Shown in pieces: positions 29,001 through 42,275 of a stretch of DNA of 64,000 bases. The notes under the pieces were generated by a model, which was given only the letters and a program-made list of their open reading frames with translations, did not search any database and had not been told where the DNA came from. The stretch's first letter is position 1; each line of letters starts with the position of its first letter. A program made the translations under genes and the position numbers. The DNA lies in assembly GCA_040954595.2 (NCBI GenBank), contig CM082577.2:8271846-8335845 (forward strand). Direction: 5' to 3'. Origin of the DNA: Balanoglossus misakiensis. Lineage: Eukaryota > Animalia > Hemichordata.

Positions 29001-32000
29001 TTAGTATCTGCATCAAAGTGACTACTGTAGCAGTTTAAATCAACCCTTATTACTGTTTATCAATAATAAGTAACATCACTGCTATTGTCCATAAGTCCAT
29101 AGCAATTCAGCTGCTACCACACAAATGATGACATCACCAGAAATGTTGCGAGCAGGAATCATCCACTACTCACACAAGGTGATGACATCATCAGTACACG
29201 CCTATTCTAGTGGCAACAAGTCCATCTCAAACACAAAATGGTACAAATTACTCACGGATTCAGCGGCGGACATTGCTGGTTGTCTTGGCATGAACAGAGC
29301 TGACAAGTCGGTTTTAATCTCGTCCTTTTTCTTTTCCTGTAAAAGACAACAAATTATCAGAATCATCAACACAGTACATGTACATCATTCTACAAATCAG
29401 AGCAGTCCTCACTAAGATTATAGGGAGGATTATCAATTATTCGGGAGGTTTTGAAATGTCTTTTTATCCGAAAGGCTGTTGTGTGGTGAATACCCTTCAC
29501 TGTTTGACAGGCATGAGACTTGACTTGGCTTCTAATTTGAAAGATGATAACATGAATGAACAATTTCCAAGACAGCCTGATTCAATTTCTCTCACCTGTC
29601 CCTTGGCAGCTGCTTGTTGGGTTTTAAACAGCGTCTGAGCAGTTTTGGTGAAATCAACAGAGATCACATCATCCCAGTTGGCAAACTTGGATTTGAACAC
29701 CATGGTCTCAGTTCTGCAACGAACAACATTCAATACATTAAAAGTCACCCTTGCACTCCCACTGTCAAACCTGCTTATGGCTGCCAGTCAAGGGACTTTG
29801 CTAAACTGTCATTTATAGACAGGTGGACTTTATAGACAGGTCAATTTATGCACATGTAAATTGCACAGGGACTGTAACAAAGTGGGCACTGTGGACAAGT
29901 CTATATAGAGCCTGTAACACAGGTTGGACTGTAATCATTAAGATTCAACTCTCAGTAAAAACTGCCCACAGATCAATTAGTCCTAATGAAATCGGAAAAT
30001 TCTGTTAGTACACAGCATCAGTCAGTCTTGCAGGTTATCAAATCCACATTTGGGTGACACCCCTACTTCGCATCAAAATAGAACAACCCAAACAGGAGAT
30101 ATGTGAGGTTACGTCTTATTGTGGTAAGACAGTAGGGGTGTGCAGGTCAAATCTGTGTAATTTTTTTGTCAAAGGAACAAGGTAGGTAGTCAGCGAAGTA
30201 CGAGTGATCCCCACTTCACTACATACTTTGGTTCGCTCCCATTGTTTTCAGAGGTGAGGTTGAAACCACATGCATGGAAAAGGGGTGTACAAGCTGATTT
30301 TCCGTGAAGAGTGAAAGTGTAAATGTAGTTGGTGGGTGATGGAATATGATTCAGCAATTTTGCACCGACCAAAGTGAAAACCCTGTTCCTTTGATGTGAT
30401 ACGTGTGATGCAAGGTTCAACCCTTCCACCCCTAGTTCCCTATTCAGAGGTCCGACCTGACCATAGAAAGCAATGGGTTTGGACTGAACCACGGGGGTGA
30501 AAGGGTTGAAATGAATCCATGGCAAGACGACACTCGCCATAATTCTCTCTCCATGCCTTTTTTTAAACGGTACAACTAAAGCCATGCCTACTTCTTTGGA
30601 AAAATTCACAGAAGATGTTAGTTGTCTACCGTCGCCAGTAACCATGCACTGTTAACGAAGTCAGTCAAGAGAGCATAGCATAGCGATGCCTTACCCCATA
30701 CCCTCTATAACCATCTTCATGACTTTCTCTGCAGTTCGCGTGTAATCAACATACAAAACATCGTCCCAATCATCAAACTTGGACTTAAATAGTTGACTTT
30801 CGTATCTTTTCTCGCCAAATAAAAAACAGAACGTACACCGAGGAAAAAAAAATAAAGAAAAAAAAATACAAAGGCATGGAGGAGAAGAGAAGAGGGAGAA
30901 AACAGAAACAGAAGATTAAAAGTGGAAAGGAGAGAGAGTGTTTTCAGGCAAATGATGATGGTGTTTGGGCAAACAGATAGGAAGACAGAAGAGATTCACT
31001 CGAGAGATTTTAAGGAAAAGTTTTCAGGAATAAAGTTTTGTGAACAGAGCACCAATGGAGTGAAAACCATGAGATTTCTTTCCAGGAAATGAACTCAAGT
31101 GGTCAAGATCTTGAGGACATTTCAGATTGTAATTTCTTGGTCTCCAAAGTGTTGTTACAAAAAAAGAAGGGGGGGGGGAATAAACATGATAAATGACCTA
31201 CCCTTCTAGGATTCTAGTCACCAAGGCAATGGCAGGCCTGGGAATGACACTGCATATTTCTTGAGAGAGTTTCAGGGCGGCGGCCCTCACTAGCCGGCTT
31301 GACTTGCGACCAATCCTGAAAGATGTCGTGTGAAATCAGTTATCATAATATCCGGCAACAGACCTGATGAGAAGCACACTGAAGAGTTAGTATTCACACC
31401 CCCTGAAGGAGACAGAATTGGGGTTTGATCAACTAGAAATTACAGTCCCCAGCAAGTGAATTGCAAACTCTGACAGATTCACCATGGAAAGAACACACAC
31501 AAGACTCACCACACAAACACATCAGAATGACAATCCAGAATGTAGACGTTCTTGGTGTGCAGCAAATCTTGTGTCAGTTTCTGTCTTCGATGTTCAACTA
31601 CAGAAAAAAAAAACAGGATGAAGTGTGAGATAACATTAGTGCCAGACTTACCGCAACACTGCTGATAATCAGAATTTCCTGTTCAGGCACTGTCAAGACC
31701 TAGTTTAGTTACTGTATTTATTTCCAGAATGGCACTTTGCCTTTTTTGCTAGAAATTTCTGGTAACCTTTTTCAGGGGTATTATTTTACATTACTTTGCC
31801 CGCTCTTTATGTAAACAGGCTTTCAAACCACAAGACTTCTTTTGAAGTCTCAGTACAAATGACCCACCTACTGGCAGTATACTGCCCTCTAGAGGTATCT
31901 ATACCCAATCACTTACCTTGTGGGAGTTCCAGATATCCCATTCCTAACCCAGCTCTGTATAACTTGGGCCACACAGGAATAACATCTTCTATCCAAGGCT

Positions 32001-35000
32001 GAAGGTAATAAAGAAGTTGAGTCTCTTGTAAGATGTAGAACTAGCCAGATGGTTCATTTATTTAACCCTAACGCTGCCAAGTCAGTATGAACTGGTTTGA
32101 TTTCCAGGGTGCCTAGAATCCGGGCTCCCAGGCCCGTTAGGCTGCCAAGTGTGTGTTAATCAGTAGGGCCTATACATGACCCTCAGACCAATACAGTACA
32201 AACCAGTACGATTTGGTACATTTTTCAGGGGGCTCAGACTGCCAAGTGTGTCTAAGTACGTATGAGAGCCATGTCAAGACAGTCAAAATACGTTTTAGAA
32301 GAAAAAGTGGCAAATTTGTATTTTAAGGGACTTGAGACTCTAAACAGATATGACACCCAGTAGCATAAGGGTTAAAGTGAAGTCAACTACGTCCTTTACT
32401 GTGAACAACAGTTCTGTTACAATGTGCCTCACAACAGCATGTGTCAAATGTACATATTGTCTTAGACAGAGTCCGTCTGTTACTTTGCATACAGCAATAA
32501 TTCAAGACTCACACAGACATTCTCGCTGTCACTATTACATACACTATTACAGACACTACATGAAGACATCCACAGTGAAAACTTACCTTGACTTCAAACC
32601 AATCTGGTTTACCACCCAGGATTTCCCAGAATTCATCTATTTCATCTTCCTGAATCATGACAGTGATAACAGATTGGTTTTTTCGTTCATTTTTGTTGAT
32701 TTTCTCAGCCATCAGTCTGATGAGAAGACATATTGGGTAGATCAGAAAAATGTGTGCGGGATAAATTGCGCATTCATCAGTTTGGGTTTTTCACCCCCTG
32801 ATATAGCGCCCTCTGTGGTGTAAAGTCAACTTATAGCAGGATCCTTCCTGTATGCAAAATATTTCATTTTTCATTTTACAAATAGTCATTTAGAGTTGAC
32901 TAACAATAACTTCTCAAACTGTCCAAAATCTACCTAGCTTATAAAGCATTTTCCCTTCAATATATTCTCTGTGCCAAGATGCAAAAACATCCTCTGAACT
33001 TCGGCAAAGTACATTCTGTTTTGCTGAAAAGAGTCAGCCATTTACCTTGACTTGGATTTTGTCAATGACTTGCACTGATTTCCATACCAGATGTACATAT
33101 TCAAGCCGCAGTCTAGGATGAAGACAAACTTGGGATCCAATGAGAACGCTTCCACTGGTACCTAGTGTAAACAACAGGTACAGAGTTGTAAACGTCTAGA
33201 GTGCAGAGATTTCAATGCATGTAAATGATAAACATTCACGTTTAACAATCCAGTGATTGTTATCATAATTTCTGCACTGTCTGGTCATCAAATGTAACAC
33301 GAAAATATTACATGGAGAAAGTCAGCGCTTTAGACAAACACAGGGTACATCATGAAAGCATATTACACCACAAAACCAACCCAACCCCTTTTCTTTTGAA
33401 ATCAGAAATCTTGTCAATGAAAACTGACGGAAACATGTCAATTTATACTGCACAGCCTCTAGCACACACTAATAGTTTTTAACTACTCACAGGTTCAAGG
33501 TGCAGGTTGTTCGTGCCAGACACTCTGTACAGCCTTATCGGGTACTCCACATTTTCTACAGTGTAAAATCCACTTGCAGTACCACCTTCGATGTACGCAA
33601 TGTCCTGGTCAAACAAATCCAGAAACTCATCGCTTTCTTCCCCAAGCTCTTCCCGCTTCGTCCGGGACTCTGCTCCCAGCATATTCCTCAGATTGACAGC
33701 ATGAATGGCCGAGCATGCTTTCTTGTCCAGCTGAAAATACAGTAGTCATAGAAACGAGTGAGAAGCACTAGCAGGAACTATAACAGTCACTGATGAAAGC
33801 AGGATTTTCGATGATATAGGTCTTGTGGAATTACCATGTGCTGGTGTTCTGTGACATTCTTTTTCAAAAGCAACAGAACTCATTATCACAACAATCAAAT
33901 GCATGGTTATGTAAATAGTTGGTACTCTACAGTGTGCCCTCTAACAAACACAATTTATAAAAGCTCTGAGTCAATTTGAAGATTTCTATCAATATCTCGG
34001 GGTCAGCCCTGTACCTTTTCATGTAGTGTGGATAATTTTCTTGGTTTGTTGAGTCAGTTTCACATCATATGGACTTACAGCACACTGGAACTCTATCAAA
34101 CATTCCAGTGGAGAAACTGTCAGTGGAAGCATATACATTGAGAAAACTTACCGAGGCTTCACTGCCAATCCAGAAATAGATCTGCCAGTCCAGGTTGCTG
34201 TCATCATCAATGAACGTCTAAGAACAAAAGTAGAATAAATCATCTAGATATTGATATTCACATGACACTTAGTAGACAGTGACATTACACGCCATATTCA
34301 GAGAATTTTGGTCAAACCAACTTTTTCACAGGAATTTTTTTAATATGAATGATGAAACTATGTTTTCTCATGCCCGTATTTGGACTTCACACAGTGCAAG
34401 TAGTCAACATATGGCTACATCACTTGAATTCAATGTGCATCAACTCAAGACAGCAAACTGCCATTAAAATTAAGAGATATCTGTACTCACATTCAGCACA
34501 ATGTAACAATCAGCCTCGTAGAATTTTCCATACAATGCTACAAAAGAGAGTGTTTACAAATTTTAATGAAACTTTCCCCGACAACATCACTATCAGAACA
34601 AGAAAGAATATACAATGACAGAAATCACTCAAGACCAAAATGTCCCCCAGAACACACAACGAGAGAAATGTGAATTAACGTAATTACCGCTGTCAGGGTC
34701 TGATTCTAAGATACCAGCCAGACATCAAATAAACATGCAAAGACAGACAGACAGACAACAGGTGACACAGACATGTGACAAAAACAGAGAAAAGGCATTA
34801 GTATTAAAAAAGCAGACAGAAATAATCAACTATGCAGAAGTTCGAGCAAATTGCAAGAAACAAGACAAACTTGTGAAGTACTATTATAACTACGGTACTT
34901 ACAGAAACATGCAAAGTTTTTCAAGCACTACATTGTGCCAGACACTAAAAAGATGGACAGTTGTTATTGTGGATATACATGTACTACAAGGTATGTGTGT

Positions 35001-38000
35001 ACTCTACTTTTGGATCAGTTTGCAATATACGAAGGATGGTGCATCATTGCCAAGACACATCTCGACTTATTAAAGCCCCATTACTGTCTGCCCAACATGA
35101 CACTACGTCAGTTTGCGCTACAGAACTCACAACCTTGAGGTGTACCCCAAGAATTAACCCCTTCGCCCCCCAGTTCCCTCTATAGAGGCCCAACTTTGCC
35201 ATAAGAAACCATGGGTTTTGGACTGAACCATGGTGGTGAAAGGGTTAAAGCTACCAATGCACTGCAAGAACAAGCACAGATCTGTACACACTAGCATCAT
35301 TCCTACATGCGTCCAGGAATTCGCACAAGGCCCTAGGGAGTCAAGACCTCACATCAGGTCAGGAAGTCACATAAGCCTAAGGAGTCCACAACTCGAAATG
35401 CACCAAACAACTCACACTACCCATGCATAAGTATCCTGTGCTCTGAAGAATTCAAATCACACCTTTATATTTATCACAGCATTTCACACACCAGCAGTAC
35501 ACATGAACCAAATTTCACACTTGTTTCCTTGGGTATTTATCACACCTGTTTCGGTTGTATCATGACCTGGTGGAATTCCAGGGCCAGAGACATAATAATT
35601 ACCTTCATCAACCTGTATGGGTAGGAAGTTTTCAATCTGCCATATGGTCAGACCTGGTACATTGCCAACGTCTTCCGTGAAAAAATCGCTGTAATCCAGT
35701 TGTGGCTTGGACAGCGCTGCTAACCAACTTTTGGGTCTGGAATACAACAATATAGATGTAAGAAGATGGCGGTATATACATTTCTTTAAAATAAGTGTAA
35801 CACATTACAACTTGTGTCTTCCATCTTTCATAAATGCGCATTACACCATTTTTATTTTCTTTATAAAAATTCTCTCCAAACAACATCGTTTTATAAATGT
35901 TTTTCAAATAATGATCTGACAGAATATTAGCTTCATTGTATTTTTTTTTTTTCACGAAAATATTCCAACATGTCTGTACACCCTGGCTCTCGTTTGACAA
36001 CAGCTGGATTGCGGAATTTCAATTTAGCTGGGCCAGCATATTTGCAAACAATAAACAATAATATCATCATTTCACAAACTGGGTGCCATTTTGTGATCGT
36101 TGCATGTTAACCCGTCTACTCACTTTGATCCGTGTTCTTCTTCGGATTCCCACTCACCCTCTTGTTTATTTTTATTCTCCGCCAGATCATGCATTCCCTG
36201 TTACAGAGGAACATCAATATGGTCAGATACGAAAGACGAAGAAAAGTGAATGAACAGATTTCACAATTTACAAATCAGGTTTTCACTGAAACAACAAACC
36301 GTTCCACAGCATTAAACAGCGCCAGAAGTCAGTACATTTGAAAAAGGGAATTTGATTTGTACATTTTACCTTCAATACTTTGGCTTGCTCAGTATCAGCA
36401 CTTTCGTGATATTCTTTCCTGTGTTTTCTGAGACGCATTTTCCGCGCAATGGGATCTTTGGCAGCTGTAGGATGAAAATGTTGACACAAATAAGTATTTT
36501 CAAGTGTTTATAAAAACTTTAGTCTGCCTTTTGTATCATAACTGAGCTTTGCTTTCTGAGACTAAAATGAGAGAAGCAAGATTGGTTTACAATTTCTTTA
36601 TTTGCATAAAGGCCACCGGCCCATTGCATTTAGTACATCAAAATGATACAAAAGTACAGAACTTGATTTGATTGCACCACAAAACTATGCAAGATAATTC
36701 AAATACATGTGATTCAGTATATTCAGCCAATCATAATTATGTTCCCTCATAAACTGTCAACCCTTACGCTGTCTTACGGAACAACCCAAATGTTTCCCAT
36801 ACCAAAACTGGTCTCATACACACGACAATGAGGGGTGAAAGGGTTCAAAGATGACGTGCAATAATGATCCTGCTACCCTCCACTCACCTGGTGATTGTTG
36901 TGTTGGTGCAGCCCCTGCCAGTCGCAGCTGTGTGTTGAGCGAGAAGTCGATGTTGTAGAAGTCAGCCCCGCTGCCTTTGGGTTGTTCCACTGGTTTGGGA
37001 GGCATTTCCAAGTCAGGGTTGTCTCGCACATCAAGGACCTGTACATATGCAATTTCAAATTCCATTATACAAAGAATGATACTCACAGTTACTAGATGTG
37101 AATGCTTATGCACACACTGGCAATAAAATGACAAGAAATTTTCATTTTTTTTTTTTTGTCAAAAGACATGGTGGACTGGTTTTCAACCGGTACTGCAGCA
37201 GGAAGTTCCAGTAAGGACAAGTTGATGGTATACATGCAAACAAAAAAATAACTAAACAAAACCTACCTCTAACTGCAGAAAATGAACTGCTTCAGGTAGT
37301 GTTACCAGTCGATTACAGTTCAGCACTAACTTCTTTAATTTACCACATCTGTAGGAAAACGGAAAACACCGTATTGCTATGAAGTTTGAAAACATGGTAA
37401 TCTTAACAACCTTTTTCAGTTGTATTTTTCAGTTTTTTATTGCTTCGTACAGTATTATAAAATCACTGAGTTTATTGTGGTGTGAGGTCTGGTTTAGTCT
37501 GAGTCCAGTTTGGAGAGAAGTCACTGAAACTATCTTCTGAGAAATCACCACATGACCATCACATGACTATCACATGACCATTACCTGCAGAGTCCCTCTG
37601 GTATCAGTTCCAAGTTGTTATTGGCAACCATAAAGTGTTCCAAATTGTACAGTTTACCCACGCCAGGTGGTATTCCATCAAAATCCAGTTGATTGCAATT
37701 GAGATAGAGTCGTCGGAGTGAACTGCATTTACAGATTGCACCGGGGAGTGAAGTCAGTTTATTTCTTGATAAGTTCAGAGTCTGTAAATTAACCCAGTTG
37801 TCTGTGAAGGAAAAATAACAGGAATAGTTGAAGTTTATATGATATCAGTGTGTCTCCCCGGGGCTATTAAAAAATATTGACAAATAAACTTTAATTTTGG
37901 AAAATAATAAAAAATAGTCATTACAACAATAACATGTAGTGTTATGAAAATTAACCAATGCATGAAATTCTTGGTGAGAACACTATCAGTGTGACTGAAC

Positions 38001-41000
38001 TATGGTTTACTGAACTTGATAATTATGAACTGCATTGAGCTGCTTACCACACAGTGTGGACAGTTCCGTGATACAATTATTACTGAGGTTGAGCCTTTGA
38101 AGGGACTTGACAAGGTAGAATGCTTCGGGAACCCTGGTCAGTTCATTGCACGACAAATCCACGTCAGTCAGATTGACAAGGTTGTCTAACTGCGGTGGGA
38201 TGTTGGTCAGGTTCCGCTGCGTGTTGCGAAGATGCAACGTTGTCAACTGAGTCAGTGACAACAGTTGTCTGTTGGGGGAAAAAAACAGAAATGTTCTTTG
38301 AAATTTCTTAATTCTTGTGGCAAGACATGCACCATATCATTAAGGTTTTGTTTGGGAGTGCTTGAGGCACCCCTCTGTGAAATAGCTCTAATGGTGGAAA
38401 TACGTCACATGTGTAGATTTAAAACTACTAGTAAACAAAATATTACTGGTAGTTCGATACAAGACCTCAAGAGTCAGGTTGCACTTTGGCTGCAGATTTT
38501 AGTGACAAGTTTCTTGAGTAGAGGTTACAAAGCATCATGATCTCATTTTGAGGACGCATCTCAAGGAACATCTTTCACATGAACACGAAAAACAAGACAC
38601 AGACAGATGAGAGCATCAACAGACTGACCCACCTGAGTTGTGCGTGGAGGAGGGGATTGTTGTTGAGAATTAACACTTGAAGATTTGTTAGTCTTCTCAT
38701 CTGAGGTGGGAGAGTTTCTGTAACCATGGTAACACACAAATAAATCTGCATATGAGTAACACTGACTACCCAACAAGTACTTCATATAATATCATTGTAC
38801 CACTTCATAACAGCAACATGCAATTCCCAATTTATAAATGAAAATTGAATATTTACAAACACCAAGGATGTGAATGTAATCACCTGGACACATACTTTGA
38901 ACCTAGACAATGAAGCTTTCCAACTTACCAATATGATTGTCACTTAAATCCAAATGGATCAAATCTGTTAAATTTATAAACATTTGACTGGGAATAGAAT
39001 CGATCCTGAAAATGAAATATTTCACACATTAATTAGCCTGGCATGTTGTGATGGTTTTATTACTTCTTGGATATGAACTCAGTGGATCAATGTTGTTCAT
39101 AATTTGCCAAAACTTGCAAGTATTTTAAAAACTATAACCCAAAACATTTTCGCATAGACTCATACTGATTTGACCCATAAAACATCATGTTCAACGACCT
39201 CCCTTGCATCAAACCACGGTCCATTTGAATGTCACCTAAGTGAGATCAACAGCACTATGCAATTTCTAATGATGAAGCAGAACAGACATAGACACCTAGC
39301 AACACACACACACACCTGTTATGGCTAAGATTCAGCACCAGCAGAGATTTGGCATTTTCTATATTATCTGGAATGGCATACAGTTGATTGTGACTAAAAT
39401 CCTGCAGACAGAAAAAATGAAGACCATCTTAGGAAAACCAATCCATGCACAATACAAATCTGAAAGAAATTGGTAGTGTTGTTTTTCTCCCCTTCAAGTT
39501 TCTTGAAGAATCACAAAAAAAGGCATTTTTTAATTTATTTTTAATTATTTTGTGTGTTGTTGTTTATTCAAAAACTTGATTGTTTGCTTTTCATTGTGAT
39601 GAACCAGAGGAATTCTCTCTGTAATTTAAGGGTTATTTGATCTAACCTGACGAGAATTGACCAATGAAAAGGACCTTACACGATTGCTTTATGATTTAAT
39701 GGCCAGACAAAGGTAATTGACACCATAGCCTGACAAACAAAGAAACAAAGGCAGTCAAAAATTCCATGAATACCTGATTTCTGACTTGTCATGTGTCATT
39801 TATGACTTTCGGTCAAATTTGGAAAGTTGCCAAACAGGACACTTAGTTGATTAAACTAAGACCCACTTACAGTTGACCAGTGATTTGTAAACTATTTTCT
39901 CAGTGATCTACAAGCTCTTCAAGTAGAAAGAACTCATATTATATTATTACTGTGGGAACAAATATTTTATGTAAGACAGTGCTAGTGAAATAAAACAGCT
40001 GGATAAAGTATGCTGCTCTCACTGGGATATCAAATAATTGAACTTTGACCTCGGAAATGATTGACCTCTGACCCCAATACTTACAATAGAGGTCAGCTCC
40101 TCCAGTTCAAATATATCATTGGGTATCCCACCATTTGTAATTCTGTTGTGACGACAGTTGAGGCTTCTCAGACAGTTCAATGTTGACAAGTCTCCATGGA
40201 TTTGGTTCAAATTGTTCCTGACCAATGACAGATGTTCCTATAAATATACGGTTAAAACAGACATTGTCATGATATGAGTGATCCATCCAACCTTGACACT
40301 GCATGACATATTTGGCAATTTACCAACATATGGGATTTGATCCATAAATATAGAACAGCTGCATGGTATCAAACAGATGACTTAAGCATCATAAATATTC
40401 ATAGTATTCTGCGAGGTTAAAGTTCATCTAACAAAAAGGTTTGAAATTAAACTCACCAATTTTGCCAGAGTAGACAATTCCTCTGGTAGCAAACTCAATC
40501 CAGTTCTGTTGAGTTTCAACCATCTCAAACTACTCATGTCTGATACATGGCCTGGAAATATTTCCTGTCAAAAAAACAAGATCTCAGTGCTAGGTACAGA
40601 CAATGTTTGTATATATGGAGTATTGTATTGCAATTATTTTCGGGCTTTGTACATGACACAAATTTTCACAGAACTACAGGAAAGCAATGGTTTGGTTTTG
40701 CTTCCCCATTTTACTTACTGCAAAAATTAAAGTACAGTTGTATTTATAAACACTCAATTAGCCTGATATTAATGTTTAATTCCAATACATATATTTTCAA
40801 AGTTTACAGGCCTTACTTTTAAACACAAATGGAAGTTGATATCAAAGTTTACAATTCCCAGAAAAAGGCAGTTACCATTTAAAACTAACTGATGATGACA
40901 AGGGAAACCAATGGTCAAATTACCAGTGATTTCATATACAGTAAGTCTTAGTGTCATCTCTATTCTCACTTCTGTGGTAGGTACTGCCTGATTTGCTATC

Positions 41001-41293
41001 TCCATGTATGTTGCAAGTCCTTAGGCCCGGGCCCCCAACTTTGCCGGTGCACCCCCCCCCCCCCACACACACACACATATATCAGGGGGGAGTGGCATGT
41101 ACAAGGCAGACATCCCCATCATTTTACTCTAACTGGAACAACCACCATTCGATAACGCTATACTTTATGAATCATGCATTCATTTTACGGAAACCCAAAC
41201 AGAAATAGTCCAGTTATTCACTCGGTTTACCTGAAAATCATTTCGGCTGAAATCAACACCACGAACAAATGGCAAGACTCCTGTCGCCGCCAT
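26021..41293 (-). CDS. FLII: Flightless-I (N-terminal LRRs plus gelsolin repeats), about 29 exons plus candidate alternative exons
   Basis: Starts [23 protein letters not shown] exons, then [121 protein letters not shown] stop at 26021-26023. Confidence 0.96.
27067..27258. mobile_element. TTAA-flanked MITE (Kolobok-like ends)
   Basis: TTAA-AGGTATATGGTCACCT ... AGGTGACCGTGTACCT-TTAA; the TIRs match at 14 of 16 positions. Confidence 0.7.
29761..29933. mobile_element. Degenerate Tc1/mariner-pogo-type MITE
   Basis: Termini ACTGTCAAACCTG ... CAGGTTGGACTGTA; internal TTTATAGACAGGT repeats. Confidence 0.55.
30421..30505. mobile_element. Copy of the ~85-bp piggyBac-type MITE
   Basis: Shares the internal GAGGTCC..CCATAGAAA..ATGGGTTTGGACTGAACCA core and termini with 35158-35244. 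Confidence 0.75.
30695..30805 (-). other. FLII: Duplicated (alternative) FLII exon A, paralogous to exon 29596-29713
   Basis: Encodes [31 protein letters not shown] versus [28 protein letters not shown]. Both use a phase-2 acceptor; exon A has a GG|GTAAGG donor at 30695. Confidence 0.8.
32062..32375. mobile_element. ~305-bp non-autonomous piggyBac-type element
   Basis: TTAA on both sides; imperfect TIRs CCCTAACGCTGC / GTAGCATAAGGG; internal repeats of CTGCCAAGT. Confidence 0.6.
35154..35248. mobile_element. ~85-bp piggyBac-type MITE (TTAA-CCC...GGG-TTAA)
   Basis: TTAA flanks and CCCYTYCRCCCC / GGTGAAAGGG inverted termini. Homologous copies at 23794-23877, 30421-30505, 23390-23450 (reverse, partial) and 17081-17123 (partial). 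Confidence 0.75.
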
Positions 41294-41720
41294 TTTGAAA
41301 CTGGTCCGTCGACTTGTTTTGTTTTAAGATTTCTTTCAGACTTGATAGTCGGGGTTCTTCCAGAATTCTGCTAATCACATGATGTGCACTCGGACGTTAT
41401 TATCTCTGCTGCAATGTTAGATATCTCCAAAAGCTCCTGAACAACACTCCAGAAGATACTCAAAAGAAAGACGAGACAACCCTGTATGGACTCCCAGCAA
41501 CCCTTGCGACCGAAACGGATGTAGTAACCTGTGTCGTGACCTTCGTAAGTTCATTGACCTCACATGGCGCAAATTACACCACAATTTTCTCTCACCAGTG
41601 GGAAATTTGAATGCATCTCGAAATGCTATCTTCAAAAACGCTAAATATCCATGGTAAATCCTGTCGAGCATCAATTCAGGTCTCAAAATATTAGGCATTG
41701 TAGCTTGCTTGAAGGATATC

Positions 41721-41790
41721 AATCTGATTAAAATCAGGTGTAGAATCGGACGCTGTCTTTATCATGTCTTTACCTGATTTTAATCAGATT
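41721..41790. repeat. 19-bp perfect inverted repeat (small foldback element)
   Basis: AATCTGATTAAAATCAGGT ... ACCTGATTTTAATCAGATT; a related sequence occurs at ~22760-22805. Confidence 0.7.
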
Positions 41791-42275
41791 AGGATATCAA
41801 CTTCAGCCCATCCAAGTGACAGTTCTGCAGTAAATCTTCCATGCGGATAACGATTTTGTTTTAATTGTTGCCTTTAACTAGTGATATTTATTTATATTTC
41901 AATCGCATTGAATATAGTGGCAGGATATACATTTGTATTTCTCAAAGTGAACACCCAGTTTTGGTATCAAGTTCCTTAAGTGTCCCCCTCCCCACTTTAT
42001 GATCATGATCCTCAACCAAACGGAGTCACCAGTATCATAAAACGGATTTATACTCCACTTAAAATTGATGACATACTCACACCACAGTAGTGAAATAATT
42101 TATATAAACTGCCAGGACATAACATATTTATGTAACAATTTTCTTTATTCTGCTTATAATAATCATTACACATATGGGTACAAATTGTAGGTAAATACAA
42201 TCAGTAAAAAGGCATTGCACATGACCTATGCTTAAACTACATGTATTGGTTTATCCCAGGATGCACTGCTCACTG

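Noticed and set aside
35546-35566. Apparent 21-nt FLII microexon (GHDTTET)
   Set aside because: It lies only ~35 nt from the upstream donor, too short for an intron.
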